In this document: positions 9,280-18,368 of the stretch, piece after piece
Numbering within the stretch: position 1 is the stretch's first letter
How the letters are laid out: the number at the start of each line of letters is the position of its first letter
Assembly: GCA_022839995.1 (NCBI GenBank)
Contig: JALHIN010000005.1
Coordinates: 11,878-75,877, forward strand
Direction of reading: 5' to 3'
Source of the DNA: Synergistota bacterium
GTDB lineage: Bacteria; Synergistota; Synergistia; Synergistales; 79-D21
DNA: 64,000 bases
Translations under genes and position numbers: made by a program
Notes under the pieces: generated by a model
The model's input: the letters and a program-made list of their open reading frames with translations, nothing else
What the model was told of the DNA's origin: nothing
Databases searched by the model: none

Positions 9280-10800
9280 CTAGTCGATAGGGATATCCAC
9301 CGATTTTTCCCTTTTCTTCCGGGCCCGCCAGTCGGAAATGAACGGCCAGGCCAGCGAAATGACGGCCGCGATGAGCAGTCCGTTGGAGATCCCGGAGCGG
9401 AAGAAGATCGAAAGTGACCCGTTCGAGAGCATGAGGGACTGCCGGAACGAGGACTCCATCGAGGCTCCGACCACGGAAGCCAGGATGAGGGGAGCGGTGG
9501 GAACCTTGAACTTCTTCATGAGGTAGCCGACGAACCCGAGGCCGACAAGGAGGTAGAAGTCCATGATGCTGAAGTTGATCGTGTAGACCCCGAGGAATGC
9601 GAGAACCACGACCAGGGGATAAAGGACCTTCGGGGGGATCGACAGCACCCGTACGAGGAGGCCCGCAAGAGGGATGTTGATGAACGCGCAAGCGATATTC
9701 CCCAAGAACATACTGGCGATGATGCCCCAGGCGACGTTCGGGTACTGCTCGAAAAGGAGGGGGCCGGGCTGGAGGCCAAGGATCAGCAGTGCGCCCAGCA
9801 TGACTGCGGTCGTTCCCGAGCCGGGGACGCCAAGGGTCATCATGGGAATCATCGCACCGACCGAGCAGGCGTTGTTCGCGGCTTCAGGGGCAGCCAGGCC
9901 CTCGATGGCTCCCTTGCCGAACTCCTCGGGATGTTTCGAGATCTGCTTTTCGTTGTTGTAGGCCATCAGGGCCGCGATCGTCGCCCCTGCGCCCGGGAGG
10001 ACCCCGACGAAGAATCCGACCGGGGTCTGGCGCAGGATGGGACCGATGCTGCGTTTCCACTGGGCCATGGAGATCCAGATTTTGCCGAACTTCGTCTGGA
10101 CGGGTTTTACCGTCTGCTGCGCGATGTGCTCCAGGTTCACGAAGACCTCGCTGATGCCGTAGATGCCAATGATGACCACGACGAAGTCGATCCCCATCTG
10201 CAACTCTTGGGAACCGAAGGTGAAGCGGGGGACACCGGACTGGAAGTCCAGCCCCACCGTCGTGAACATCAGGCCGAGCACGAGGGAGATGATCCCCTTG
10301 AGGAGGGCTTCCTTGGAGATGGCCGCCGTGGCCGCCAGGGCGAACACCATCAGGCAGAAGTACTCCGGCGGCCCGAACCGGAGGGCGAAGCGGGCGACGG
10401 GCAGGGCGACGAAAACGAAGGCGATTGTCGCGATGAGCCCTCCGATGAACGAGGCGATGGCCGAGATGGCAAGGGCGGCTTCCGCCTGGCCGCTGCGGGC
10501 CATGGGATAGCCGTCGAAGCAGGAGGCTACGGCGGCGCCGTCGCCGGGAACGTTCAGCAGGATCGAGCTCCGCGACCCGCCGAACATGGCCCCGTAATAG
10601 ATGGCACACATGGCGATCAGGGCGGTGTCCGGCCTCATGCCGAAGGTCAGGGGCAGGAGGAGGGCGATGCCCGTGGAGGGGCCGAGTCCCGGAAGCATGC
10701 CTAGAATCGTTCCCAGGATGGAGCCGCCGAGCAGCCAGGCCAGGTTGAGGGGGGTCAGGGCGACGGCGAAACCTTGCATCAGGTGAGCAAATACTTCCAT
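9280..10800 (-). CDS. tctA: tripartite tricarboxylate transporter permease TctA
   Basis: 506-aa polytopic protein with a TctA-like sequence (GMLPGLGPSTGIALLLP, GVLPGAGATIAA). Follows tctB and tctC. Confidence 0.9.
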   Translation of the reverse strand: MEVFAHLMQGFAVALTPLNLAWLLGGSILGTILGMLPGLGPSTGIALLLPLTFGMRPDTALIAMCAIYYGAMFGGSRSSILLNVPGDGAAVASCFDGYPMARSGQAEAALAISAIASFIGGLIATIAFVFVALPVARFALRFGPPEYFCLMVFALAATAAISKEALLKGIISLVLGLMFTTVGLDFQSGVPRFTFGSQELQMGIDFVVVIIGIYGISEVFVNLEHIAQQTVKPVQTKFGKIWISMAQWKRSIGPILRQTPVGFFVGVLPGAGATIAALMAYNNEKQISKHPEEFGKGAIEGLAAPEAANNACSVGAMIPMMTLGVPGSGTTAVMLGALLILGLQPGPLLFEQYPNVAWGIIASMFLGNIACAFINIPLAGLLVRVLSIPPKVLYPLVVVLAFLGVYTINFSIMDFYLLVGLGFVGYLMKKFKVPTAPLILASVVGASMESSFRQSLMLSNGSLSIFFRSGISNGLLIAAVISLAWPFISDWRARKKREKSVDIPID

Positions 10801-10812
10801 TTCCGATCCCCC

Positions 10813-11262
10813 CTACGGCAGGTTGATCTGGAATAGCTTGACGAACACGTACCAGGCCCCGAACGTGAAGCCCAGGGTGAGGATCGTGTTGATTTTCCAC
10901 GCTTTGGGCCCGTTGATCAGAAAGAGGAGGGCCCCCAGGAAGATCAGCGTGGCGAGAATGAAGCCCAGTCTCTCGAAGATGAGGGCGTAGAGGATGCAGA
11001 GCCCGGCCGTTCCGAAGATGAGCTTGAGGCTCGCGGCCTGGAAATTGGGGCGCTTGACCCCTTCCAGGTTTGTCAGGCCTTTTTTGGCTTCGAGGACGAC
11101 CAGGAGGAGTCCCAGGCCGGCCATGAGAATGCCGAGTCCCACGGGAAAGTACACCGGGGCCCAGGGGTTGCCGATCATGGCCTTCGGAAGGTGGAAGGCC
11201 TGAATGGTGTAGACGATGCCGATGAAGATTGCTGACAATCCGACCAGTGCATTGGGTCGCAT
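10813..11262 (-). CDS. tctB: tripartite tricarboxylate transporter small subunit TctB
   Basis: 149 aa with four TM helices, lying between tctC and tctA. Confidence 0.8.
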   Translation of the reverse strand: MRPNALVGLSAIFIGIVYTIQAFHLPKAMIGNPWAPVYFPVGLGILMAGLGLLLVVLEAKKGLTNLEGVKRPNFQAASLKLIFGTAGLCILYALIFERLGFILATLIFLGALLFLINGPKAWKINTILTLGFTFGAWYVFVKLFQINLP

Positions 11263-11286
11263 GGGATCACTCCTTGAAGGTAAAGG

Positions 11287-11318
11287 AAAGGCGGGCTCGG
11301 CCGGCCGGGCCCGCCTTT
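11287..11318 (-). terminator. intercistronic hairpin between tctC and tctB (possible partial terminator or mRNA stabiliser)
   Basis: On the minus strand: aaaggcgggc-(12 nt)-gcccgccttt followed by CCTTTACC. Located between the tctC stop (11332) and the tctB start (11262). Confidence 0.4.
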
Positions 11319-11331
11319 GCAGGCGGAAGGT

Positions 11332-12330
11332 TTACTGTGCCTTCAGCATTCCGATCTCGCCAAGCAGGGTTTTGTACTCGGCATTGGTCTTTTCAAGGAA
11401 TTTTGCAAAATCCGCGGAGTTCATGTAGACCTGGGTCCAACCGTTGCGAGTTGCGATTTCACGCCATTCCGGGGTCTTCACCATCTTGGCAAGAGCTTCT
11501 TCCATGTACTTCACGGCGTATGCCGGCATGTTCTCCGGGCCGAAAATGCCGCGCCAGTTGATGAATTCCGCGTCGATGCCGGATTCCCTCAGGGTCGGGA
11601 CCGTCATCATGGGACCGGACTTGATGCGGTTCGGGGCGGAGATGGCCAGGACACGAATATCCCCCGATTGCATCGGGCCGACGGTTTCGGCCATTCCCGT
11701 GGAAAGAAGGTCGATGTGTCCGCCCATCAAGGCTGCGATTCCTTCACCGCCCTGGAAGGCGATGTATTGAATGGCCTTCAGGTCCTTCACGCCAGCCGCC
11801 TTTGCGGCCACGAGGAACTGGATGTGGTCCATGCTGCCCATGGCGGAGGTGCCGCCGATCTTCACGCTCTTGGGATCCTTCTTGATTGCTTCCATGACAT
11901 CCTTGATGCTCTTGAACTTCGAGTTCTTGGGCACCGCGTAGGCCCCGTAGTCGTTGATCAGCATTGAAATGGGCGTCAGGTTCTTGTAGCTCAGCGGAGT
12001 GGAGCCCGTAAGGTTGATGAGAAGGAGAGGCGGGGAATAGACGACGATCGTGTCGTCACGCCCTTTCTTTTTCTGAAGGTAGGCAAGCGCCACGCCTCCG
12101 CCGCCGCCGGGCTTGTTGATGACGGGCATGGGAACGGTGACGAGTTTCTTTTCCGTCAGGACTTTCGTTGTCATCCGCATTGTCGTGTCCCAGCCGCCGC
12201 CGGGTCCGGCCGGCGCGATGCTCTCGATGGGCTTCGTGGGATAGGCTGCAGAAGCCATGCCCGCAAACAGGGCGCTGAGGACCAGTGCAGCAAGGATCAG
12301 GAACAGGGTTTTGCGCATCATGCTCTTCAT
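11332..12330 (-). CDS. tctC: tripartite tricarboxylate transporter substrate-binding protein TctC (Bug family)
   Basis: Signal peptide MKSMMRKTLFLILAALVLSALFAGMASA. Bug/TctC-like sequence (YPTKPIESIAPAGPGGGWDTTMR, NKPGGGGGVA). Confidence 0.9.
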   Translation of the reverse strand: MKSMMRKTLFLILAALVLSALFAGMASAAYPTKPIESIAPAGPGGGWDTTMRMTTKVLTEKKLVTVPMPVINKPGGGGGVALAYLQKKKGRDDTIVVYSPPLLLINLTGSTPLSYKNLTPISMLINDYGAYAVPKNSKFKSIKDVMEAIKKDPKSVKIGGTSAMGSMDHIQFLVAAKAAGVKDLKAIQYIAFQGGEGIAALMGGHIDLLSTGMAETVGPMQSGDIRVLAISAPNRIKSGPMMTVPTLRESGIDAEFINWRGIFGPENMPAYAVKYMEEALAKMVKTPEWREIATRNGWTQVYMNSADFAKFLEKTNAEYKTLLGEIGMLKAQ

Positions 12331-12421
12331 TTGGATACCCCCCTTATTGGTTTTTCCCGGAAAAACGCGGAATACGGTCGTCGTGGCTCGCTCTCAGGAC
12401 GGCTCTTTTCGATCCCCCCGT

Positions 12422-13132
12422 TCATTTCCCGTTGAGATGCCGGTCGGGCGCAGGACGGGAAAAGCCCTTGAGGTAGGCTTCAAGAGCCCCCCGGATGTGT
12501 TCCCTGGTTAGGGCTTCCGCCCTCTTTTCGTCCCGGTCCCGGATGGCTTCGAAGATCTGCCTGTGCTCCCGTCGGACAAGTTCCCTTCGTGAAGGAATGG
12601 CGAGGGTGACCCTCCGGAATCGCTCAAGGTAATCCTTGTAGGTATTGATGAGCTGGATCAGCCTCGGCATGTGGCACGCCTCGATGACCGCTTCCGAGAA
12701 AACCCGGTTGGCTTCGAAGATTTCCGAAGCGCTGACTTCTCCTCCCATCTCACAAAGACGGTCGATTTCGTCCATCGCTTTTTCCAGGTTTCGGATTTCT
12801 TCATCGGTGGCACGCCTGACTGCCTGGACGGCAGCCAAGGCTTCCATGGCTTCCCGGATGGCATAGATCTCGAGAATTTCCTCTTCGCTGAAGCCCTTCA
12901 CTACAACGCCCTTCCGGGGCTGGTGCTCCACGAGCCCTTCGGCCTCGAGCTTTCGTATGGCCTCTCGAACGGGCATGCGGCTAACGTTGAGGGTTTCCGC
13001 CAGGTCACTTTCGACGAGCCGCTCCCCGCGGGGCAGCGAACCGTCGAGGATGGCTTGCCGAAGGGATTCGTACACGACGTTTCGAATCGGTGTCAGCAGG
13101 TTCGGGTCAATTGCTTGAAGGTCGATTGTCAA
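12422..13132 (-). CDS. GntR-family (FCD-type) transcriptional regulator of the citrate locus
   Basis: HTH ESDLAETLNVSRMPVREAIRKLEAEGLV followed by an FCD-like domain. The preferred start is TTG at 13132, with a GGGGGA SD 7 nt upstream. The 13231 start in the track would run into the citD promoter region. Confidence 0.8.
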   Translation of the reverse strand: MTIDLQAIDPNLLTPIRNVVYESLRQAILDGSLPRGERLVESDLAETLNVSRMPVREAIRKLEAEGLVEHQPRKGVVVKGFSEEEILEIYAIREAMEALAAVQAVRRATDEEIRNLEKAMDEIDRLCEMGGEVSASEIFEANRVFSEAVIEACHMPRLIQLINTYKDYLERFRRVTLAIPSRRELVRREHRQIFEAIRDRDEKRAEALTREHIRGALEAYLKGFSRPAPDRHLNGK

Positions 13133-13154
13133 GCGCGATCCCCCTTTTGGGATA

Positions 13155-13213
13155 CGGGATCCAATATCCCGGATCCTATGGTAAAATTTACTCGTTTTTC
13201 CGTGGGTTGTCAA
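13155..13213. promoter_or_regulatory. divergent overlapping promoters plus an inverted-repeat operator (citD side and gntR-tct side)
   Basis: Plus strand: extended -10 TGgTAAAAT (13179-13187). Minus strand: perfect -35 TTGACA (13213-13208), 17-nt spacer, -10 TAAATT (13190-13185). Inverted repeat CGGGAT-ccaat-ATCCCG at 13155-13171. Confidence 0.5.
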
Positions 13214-13237
13214 TTTAAGAAGCGTCTTCAAAGGGGC

Positions 13238-13519
13238 GTGGTGGAATTGGTTTTGGAGATCGCACAGGCAGGAACCCTTGAATCCGCCGATTGCTTGGTG
13301 ACCGTGGCCCCGGCAGAGGAATTCGGGCTGGATTACCGGGGGGGAAACCGGAAGATTTACGGAGAAAGGACGCGGAAACTCGTGCTGGAAACCCTAAAAC
13401 GCTTCGGTTTTTCCGGGGTACAGGTTACCATCCAGGACCAGGGGGCCCTGGAACTGGTGATCCGTGCGAGGCTTGAAACGGCCCTCAAACGGGCGACGAG
13501 GGGGGGCATGGCCTCATGA
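13238..13519 (+). CDS. citD: citrate lyase acyl carrier protein (gamma subunit)
   Basis: AQAGTLESADCLVTV (prosthetic-group Ser context) and DQGALELVIRARLETAL are typical CitD motifs. GTG start after an AAAGGGG SD. The stop overlaps the citE ATG. Confidence 0.8.
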   Translation: MVELVLEIAQAGTLESADCLVTVAPAEEFGLDYRGGNRKIYGERTRKLVLETLKRFGFSGVQVTIQDQGALELVIRARLETALKRATRGGMAS

Positions 13520-14403
13520 GAGCCATGAGATCGATGCTTTACATCCCTGGAAATGCCCCGGGCATGATCCAGAACGCGGCCGTATTCGGGGCCGATTTGA
13601 TCATGATCGACCTGGAAGATGCCGTCGCGCTGGCAGAGAAAGACGCGGCCCGGGATATCGCGGCCGGTTTCCTCCGGCATTACGATTTCGGCGACCTTCC
13701 GGTTGTGGTCAGGATCAACGGCGCCGATACGTCGTTTTTCGAGGCGGACCTCGAATCGATCGTCCCGTTGCAACCCTTCGCCATCCGATTGCCGAAGTGC
13801 CAGGCCCCTTCCGATGTCCTGCTGGCCGACGCGAAGATGATGGAAATCGAAGAAAAGGCAGGGCTTCCGGCAGGCTCGGTCCCGATTCATGCCATGCTCG
13901 AGTCGGCTCGAGGGATCGAACATGCTTACGCGATTGCCACGGCTTGCCCCCGCGTCAGGGCCCTGACGCTGGGGGGGCAGGATTTGACTGCAGACCTGGG
14001 CATCCAGAAAACGCGGGAAGGGTGGGAATTTTTCTACGCCCGAAGCCGGGTCGTCATGGCTGCCAAAGCTGCAGGCATCGATGCCTTCGATACGGTATGG
14101 ACTGATTTCAACGACCCGGAAGGGCTTTTCCGCGAAGCGAAACAGATTGTGGAGCTGGGCTTTACCGGGAAGGCAGCCATCCATCCCAGCCAGGTGCCGA
14201 TCATCCACAGGGCCTTCCGCCCGGACGAAAGGGAAGTCCGAAAGGCGGAGCGCATCCTCGCAGCGGCTGAGGAAGCAGAGCGCCAGGGCCGGGGAGTGGT
14301 CGCCGTGGATGGGAAAATGGTGGATGCCCCGATCATTGCAAGGGCGCGACACCTCATCAGCCTGGCGGGCCTTTATGGAATGGAAGGAGGGGAGGAACGA
14401 TGA
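13516..14403 (+). CDS. citE: citrate (pro-3S)-lyase beta subunit / citryl-CoA lyase
   Basis: 295 aa of the HpcH/HpaI-CitE family (RSMLYIPGNAPGMIQNA, DLIMIDLEDAV, IHPSQV). Confidence 0.9.
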   Translation: MRAMRSMLYIPGNAPGMIQNAAVFGADLIMIDLEDAVALAEKDAARDIAAGFLRHYDFGDLPVVVRINGADTSFFEADLESIVPLQPFAIRLPKCQAPSDVLLADAKMMEIEEKAGLPAGSVPIHAMLESARGIEHAYAIATACPRVRALTLGGQDLTADLGIQKTREGWEFFYARSRVVMAAKAAGIDAFDTVWTDFNDPEGLFREAKQIVELGFTGKAAIHPSQVPIIHRAFRPDEREVRKAERILAAAEEAERQGRGVVAVDGKMVDAPIIARARHLISLAGLYGMEGGEER

Positions 14404-15965
14404 ACTTCGTGAAAAATGCAGCGGGGAGGCTGGTCCCCACGGAAGTCCACGGCATCGGAGCCTTTGCCCCTTACAGAGGGGCCCTCTCCCGGATCCTGGA
14501 AGGCAATCCCTCACCCTCCGCCTTCCCGAAGCGAAAACCGGAGCCGCCATGCCGGAGCAAGGTCGCCCCGAGCCTGAAGGCGGCGATCGAGAAATCGGGC
14601 CTCGAGAACGGCATGACGGTTTCTTTTCACCACCACCTCCGCAACGGCGATAAAGTCATCCCCCTCGTGCTTGAAACCCTCCTCCAGATGGGCTTCAGGG
14701 ACCTTACCTTCGCCCCCAGCTCGATTCCCGACTCGCACGACTGCGTGGCGGACTACGTCCGCAAGGGGCTCATCCGGAGGATCTGGACTTCCGGGGCCCG
14801 CGGCGAGGTAGGCCGCATGATCTCCCGGGGTGAGATGGGGGAAATGGTCATCATCCGGAGCCACGGGGGAAGGGCGAGGGCGATCGAGGAAGGTTCCATC
14901 CAGATCGATGTGGCCTTCCTGGCCGCCCCGGCCTGTGACGCGCTGGGCAACTTTACCGGCTGCATCGGCAAGTCCGCCTGCGGCTCGCTGGGCTACGCCA
15001 TCACCGACGCCCGTTTCGCCCGCCATGTCATCGCCGTGACGGACAACCTCGTGGAGTATCCCCTCCATCCCCACGTCTCGGTGCCCCAGTACCTGGTGAA
15101 CCAGGTCGTAGTGGTGGACAGCCTGGGCGATCCGGCTAAAATCGCCACCGGGGCGGCCCGTATCACGCGTAACCCGCTGGACCTGAAAGTCGCGGAAAAC
15201 GCCTACCGCCTGCTCTCGGCATCAGGAATCCTGGCCCCCGGATGTTCTTTCCAGGTCGGTGCCGGAGGGGCAAGCCTCGCCGTGGCGGCGTTCGTGCGCG
15301 ACCACATGAGGGAAAAGGGAATCCAGGGCAGCTTCGGGCTGGGCGGCATCTCGGGCTACATGTCCCAGATGCTGGAAGAGGGCCTTTTCCGGGGTCTTTT
15401 CGACGTCCAGAGTTTCGATTCCTCCGTGACCGGTTCGATGGTCAGGAACCGCTCCCACATGGAGATCGACCCCTCGTGGTATGCCAATCCGATGAACCAG
15501 GGATGCCTGGTCCACAACCTGGACGTTGTCATCCTCGCGGCTCTTGAAGTGGACACGGATTTCAATGTCAACGTCCTCACCGGGAACGACGGATACCTGC
15601 GAGGGGCATCGGGAGGTCACAGCGACACCGCCGCGGGTGCAAGGGTGGCGATCGTCGTGGCGCCTTCCTTCAGGGGAGGAGTCCCGACCATCAAGGACAG
15701 GGTTCAGACCATCGTGACCCCCGGAGAGACGGTGGACGCGATCGCAACGGAGCGGGGCATCTGCATCAACCCCAGGCGTGCGGATCTATGGGAGGCAGCG
15801 AGGAAGGCCAACTTGCCGATCAGGGAAATCACGGACCTGAAGAAGGAAGTCGAGCGCTTCACGGGGGTTCCCGAGCCTGTCGAACTGGACACGGACCGGG
15901 TTGTAGCCGTCGTGGAATACCGGGACGGAACGTTGCTCGACAGCATTTACCGGGTAAGGGAATAA
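14400..15965 (+). CDS. citF: citrate lyase alpha subunit / citrate CoA-transferase
   Basis: 521 aa with a CitF-like sequence. The start overlaps the citE stop. Confidence 0.9.
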   Translation: MNFVKNAAGRLVPTEVHGIGAFAPYRGALSRILEGNPSPSAFPKRKPEPPCRSKVAPSLKAAIEKSGLENGMTVSFHHHLRNGDKVIPLVLETLLQMGFRDLTFAPSSIPDSHDCVADYVRKGLIRRIWTSGARGEVGRMISRGEMGEMVIIRSHGGRARAIEEGSIQIDVAFLAAPACDALGNFTGCIGKSACGSLGYAITDARFARHVIAVTDNLVEYPLHPHVSVPQYLVNQVVVVDSLGDPAKIATGAARITRNPLDLKVAENAYRLLSASGILAPGCSFQVGAGGASLAVAAFVRDHMREKGIQGSFGLGGISGYMSQMLEEGLFRGLFDVQSFDSSVTGSMVRNRSHMEIDPSWYANPMNQGCLVHNLDVVILAALEVDTDFNVNVLTGNDGYLRGASGGHSDTAAGARVAIVVAPSFRGGVPTIKDRVQTIVTPGETVDAIATERGICINPRRADLWEAARKANLPIREITDLKKEVERFTGVPEPVELDTDRVVAVVEYRDGTLLDSIYRVRE

Positions 15966-15977
15966 CCGGACTAGCAC

Positions 15978-16010
15978 GACGGGGAAGGCGCTCCTTGCGC
16001 CTTCCCCGTC
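15978..16010. terminator. 14-bp hairpin between convergent citF and the GNAT gene
   Basis: gacggggaaggcgc-tcctt-gcgccttccccgtc. There is no strong T-run, and it overlaps the GNAT stop codon. Confidence 0.5.
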
Positions 16011-16506
16011 ATTCCCTGTCCTTGTCCAGCAGGTATTCGAGCAGCGGCAGGACGTGCTTCTCGTTTCCCGCGATCGTTTCCTTCCCTCCGGTGCGGACGG
16101 CCCCCATTTTCAGGTAGAAGCCTTCCGCCTTCGGTTCGGCGGTAATCGTCAGCCTGCGCGCACCGGCCTTTTTTGCTTCCCGGACGGCCTGCTCGAACAT
16201 CCACCGCCCCACTCCCCGCCCCTGGGCTTCCGGAAGGACCCAGAAGTGGTCCAGGTCCAGGGTGTCCGGCCTTTCCACCGGCATCAGTGAGAAAAAGCCG
16301 ACGGGAACCCGCTGCCCGTCCCGCTCCTCTTCGGCCACGAAATAGGCTTCCTCCAGGATGTGCTTTTCCAGGACCGTCAGGGGGCCGTTCCACTCGTCCA
16401 GGGTTTCCTCCGGGTAGCCCCAGCTGCGCTTCGAGGCATATGCCATTTCCGTCAGGGCCGGCCCCTCGTCGGTTCGGGCGGGGCGGAGGATCAGTCCGGT
16501 CCTCAC
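16009..16506 (-). CDS. GNAT-family N-acetyltransferase
   Basis: 165 aa. Acetyl-CoA binding motif region WVLPEAQGRGVGRWMFEQAVREAKKAGARRL. The start overlaps the yedF stop. Confidence 0.8.
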   Translation of the reverse strand: MRTGLILRPARTDEGPALTEMAYASKRSWGYPEETLDEWNGPLTVLEKHILEEAYFVAEEERDGQRVPVGFFSLMPVERPDTLDLDHFWVLPEAQGRGVGRWMFEQAVREAKKAGARRLTITAEPKAEGFYLKMGAVRTGGKETIAGNEKHVLPLLEYLLDKDRE

Positions 16507-17096
16507 GCGATCGTCAGCACCTTCGGGGCCGCCAGCAGGGCGTCGGTAATCTCCATCATGTTCGAAATGCAGCCGACTCCGACTTTTTCGGTCACGCCGA
16601 AATGCTTGGTGCAGGTTCCGCAGACAAGGATCGAAACGCCCTTGCCCTCCAGCTTCCGGAGGCTTTCGCAGGTCGAGGTGTCCTCCAGGGCCAGGAGGAC
16701 AGCTCCATTCATGAGGGCAACGACAAGAGGAGCTTCTTCCCGTTCCGCGAGATTGCTCAGGAAGGCTTTCATGAGCCCCTCCCCCAGGACCTCGTCCGGA
16801 AAACCGAGGACGCTTTTTTGCAGGAAGACCGCGTAGCCTTTCTCCGCGCCCTGGGCTTTCTCGGTCCTGGCCGAGGGCGAGGCGCTGGGGGAACCGAGTC
16901 CGCGGATGACGAAGTCCGCCCCGTGCAGTTCTTCTGTAACGGAAAATCCCTGGCTCTCGAGGAAACGTTTGACGTTGGAAGCCGAAACGGCGTTGTCGAC
17001 CAGGATTTCCAACTTCGATGCCCCTTGCTCGATGGCCTTCTTGACCAGTACGACCGGCTGCGGGCAGGGTTTCCCTCGCGCGTCGATCATTTCCAT
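16503..17096 (-). CDS. yedF: YedF-type sulfurtransferase-like selenium metabolism protein (TusA/SirA domain plus DsrE-like domain)
   Basis: N-terminal MIDARGKPCPQPVVLVKKAI (TusA CPxP motif). The C-terminal half has the VCGTC motif and DsrE-like character. About 197 aa, as in YedF. Confidence 0.7.
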   Translation of the reverse strand: MEMIDARGKPCPQPVVLVKKAIEQGASKLEILVDNAVSASNVKRFLESQGFSVTEELHGADFVIRGLGSPSASPSARTEKAQGAEKGYAVFLQKSVLGFPDEVLGEGLMKAFLSNLAEREEAPLVVALMNGAVLLALEDTSTCESLRKLEGKGVSILVCGTCTKHFGVTEKVGVGCISNMMEITDALLAAPKVLTIA

Positions 17097-17309
17097 GGAT
17101 CGAACCTCCCCTTTCTGGAGATGCTTCTCCTGGCGGAATCGCTTCCTCCTTGAATCAGTTTATCGCGGGAGAGCCTGTTTTTCACAGGGGGAGGGAAACG
17201 GAAGGGGCCGTTTCTCCGAAAGAAACCTCCTCGGGTGGGGGAATTTCCGGCAGGACAGACTTTCGCCATGGTTGGTACAATTCGGTGGAAGTTTCGGGGG
17301 AGGGTTTGG

Positions 17310-18368
17310 ATGGAGTGGTTTTTGGGTTTCCTTCGACTTTTCGCGATCGGGGTTCCGGGATTTTTGGTTCTTCGCCTGTTTCGACTGCCCGCCGCGGCGA
17401 TGATGGGCGCGATGCTTTCTGCCGCACTGTTTGCCCTCAAGGACCTGGGGCTTTCCGAGGCGCCTGCTGGAGCCAACCTGGTCCTGCAGATCGTCCTGGG
17501 GTTGTTCATCGGCGTGCGGGTTAACCGAGAAACACGCCTCGAGTTTGCCGGGAGCGCCCCCGTCGCTCTTCTCGCCAGCGCCTGGTGGCTGAGCCTTCCC
17601 CTGGGGCTCGGGTGGCTGGTGACGAGATGGTTCGGGCTGGATCTTTCGACGTCCCTGCTGGGGACCGTGCCCGGGGGGATAGCGGAGATGAGCCTCCTTG
17701 CCCTGACGCTGAAAGCGGACGCCGCCCTGGTGGCCCTGATGCAGTTTTTCCGCCTGGCGGCGGTTCTGGTCGGCATGCCCTTCCTTTCGGCCTGGATCAA
17801 CCGGAGAGTGGGTGGCGGGAGGCAGGGCCAGAAGAAACCGGCTTGTTCGTCCCGGGACGAGAAAAGTCCGTTTCCCCGGCGGAAGGGCATGGTCCTGGCC
17901 CTGACCCTGGCCGTTCTCGGAGGACTTGCGGGGTCTTGGGCCGGGCTTCCCGCGGGAGCGTTCGTGGGAGCCATGACCTTCACGGGGATCGCTTCGGTTT
18001 CGGGTTTGCGGCTATGTCCCTTGCCCGCGGGCTTTCGGACAACGGCACAGGTGGGGCTCGGGGCTCTCATCGGCCTGAATGTCAATCCTGAAGTCATCGG
18101 GACCCTCCAGCGCATGCTCCTTCCGACCCTTGCCATAACGGCCGTCATGATCGCCTGGGGGATCCTCCTCGCCTTGCTGGTGAGGAGAAAAACGGGCTGG
18201 GACCTCATGACCTGCCTCATTGCCACCTGCCCGGGAGGGATCACCCAGCTGTCTTCCATCGCAGAGGAACTGGGGGCCGATCCCCTTCGGGTGAGTCTGC
18301 TGCACCTGGTGCGACTCTTTACGATCTTCCTGGTTCTGCCGCCCCTCATCACCCGGATCCTGGCGTAG
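17310..18368 (+). CDS. AbrB-family membrane protein (duplicated AbrB/AmoA-like domain)
   Basis: Polytopic protein with an internal duplication and two GGIAEMSLLA / GGITQLSSIA motifs. ATG 17310 has a GGGGAGGG SD. The track start at 17235 is probably an extension. Confidence 0.75.
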   Translation: MEWFLGFLRLFAIGVPGFLVLRLFRLPAAAMMGAMLSAALFALKDLGLSEAPAGANLVLQIVLGLFIGVRVNRETRLEFAGSAPVALLASAWWLSLPLGLGWLVTRWFGLDLSTSLLGTVPGGIAEMSLLALTLKADAALVALMQFFRLAAVLVGMPFLSAWINRRVGGGRQGQKKPACSSRDEKSPFPRRKGMVLALTLAVLGGLAGSWAGLPAGAFVGAMTFTGIASVSGLRLCPLPAGFRTTAQVGLGALIGLNVNPEVIGTLQRMLLPTLAITAVMIAWGILLALLVRRKTGWDLMTCLIATCPGGITQLSSIAEELGADPLRVSLLHLVRLFTIFLVLPPLITRILA

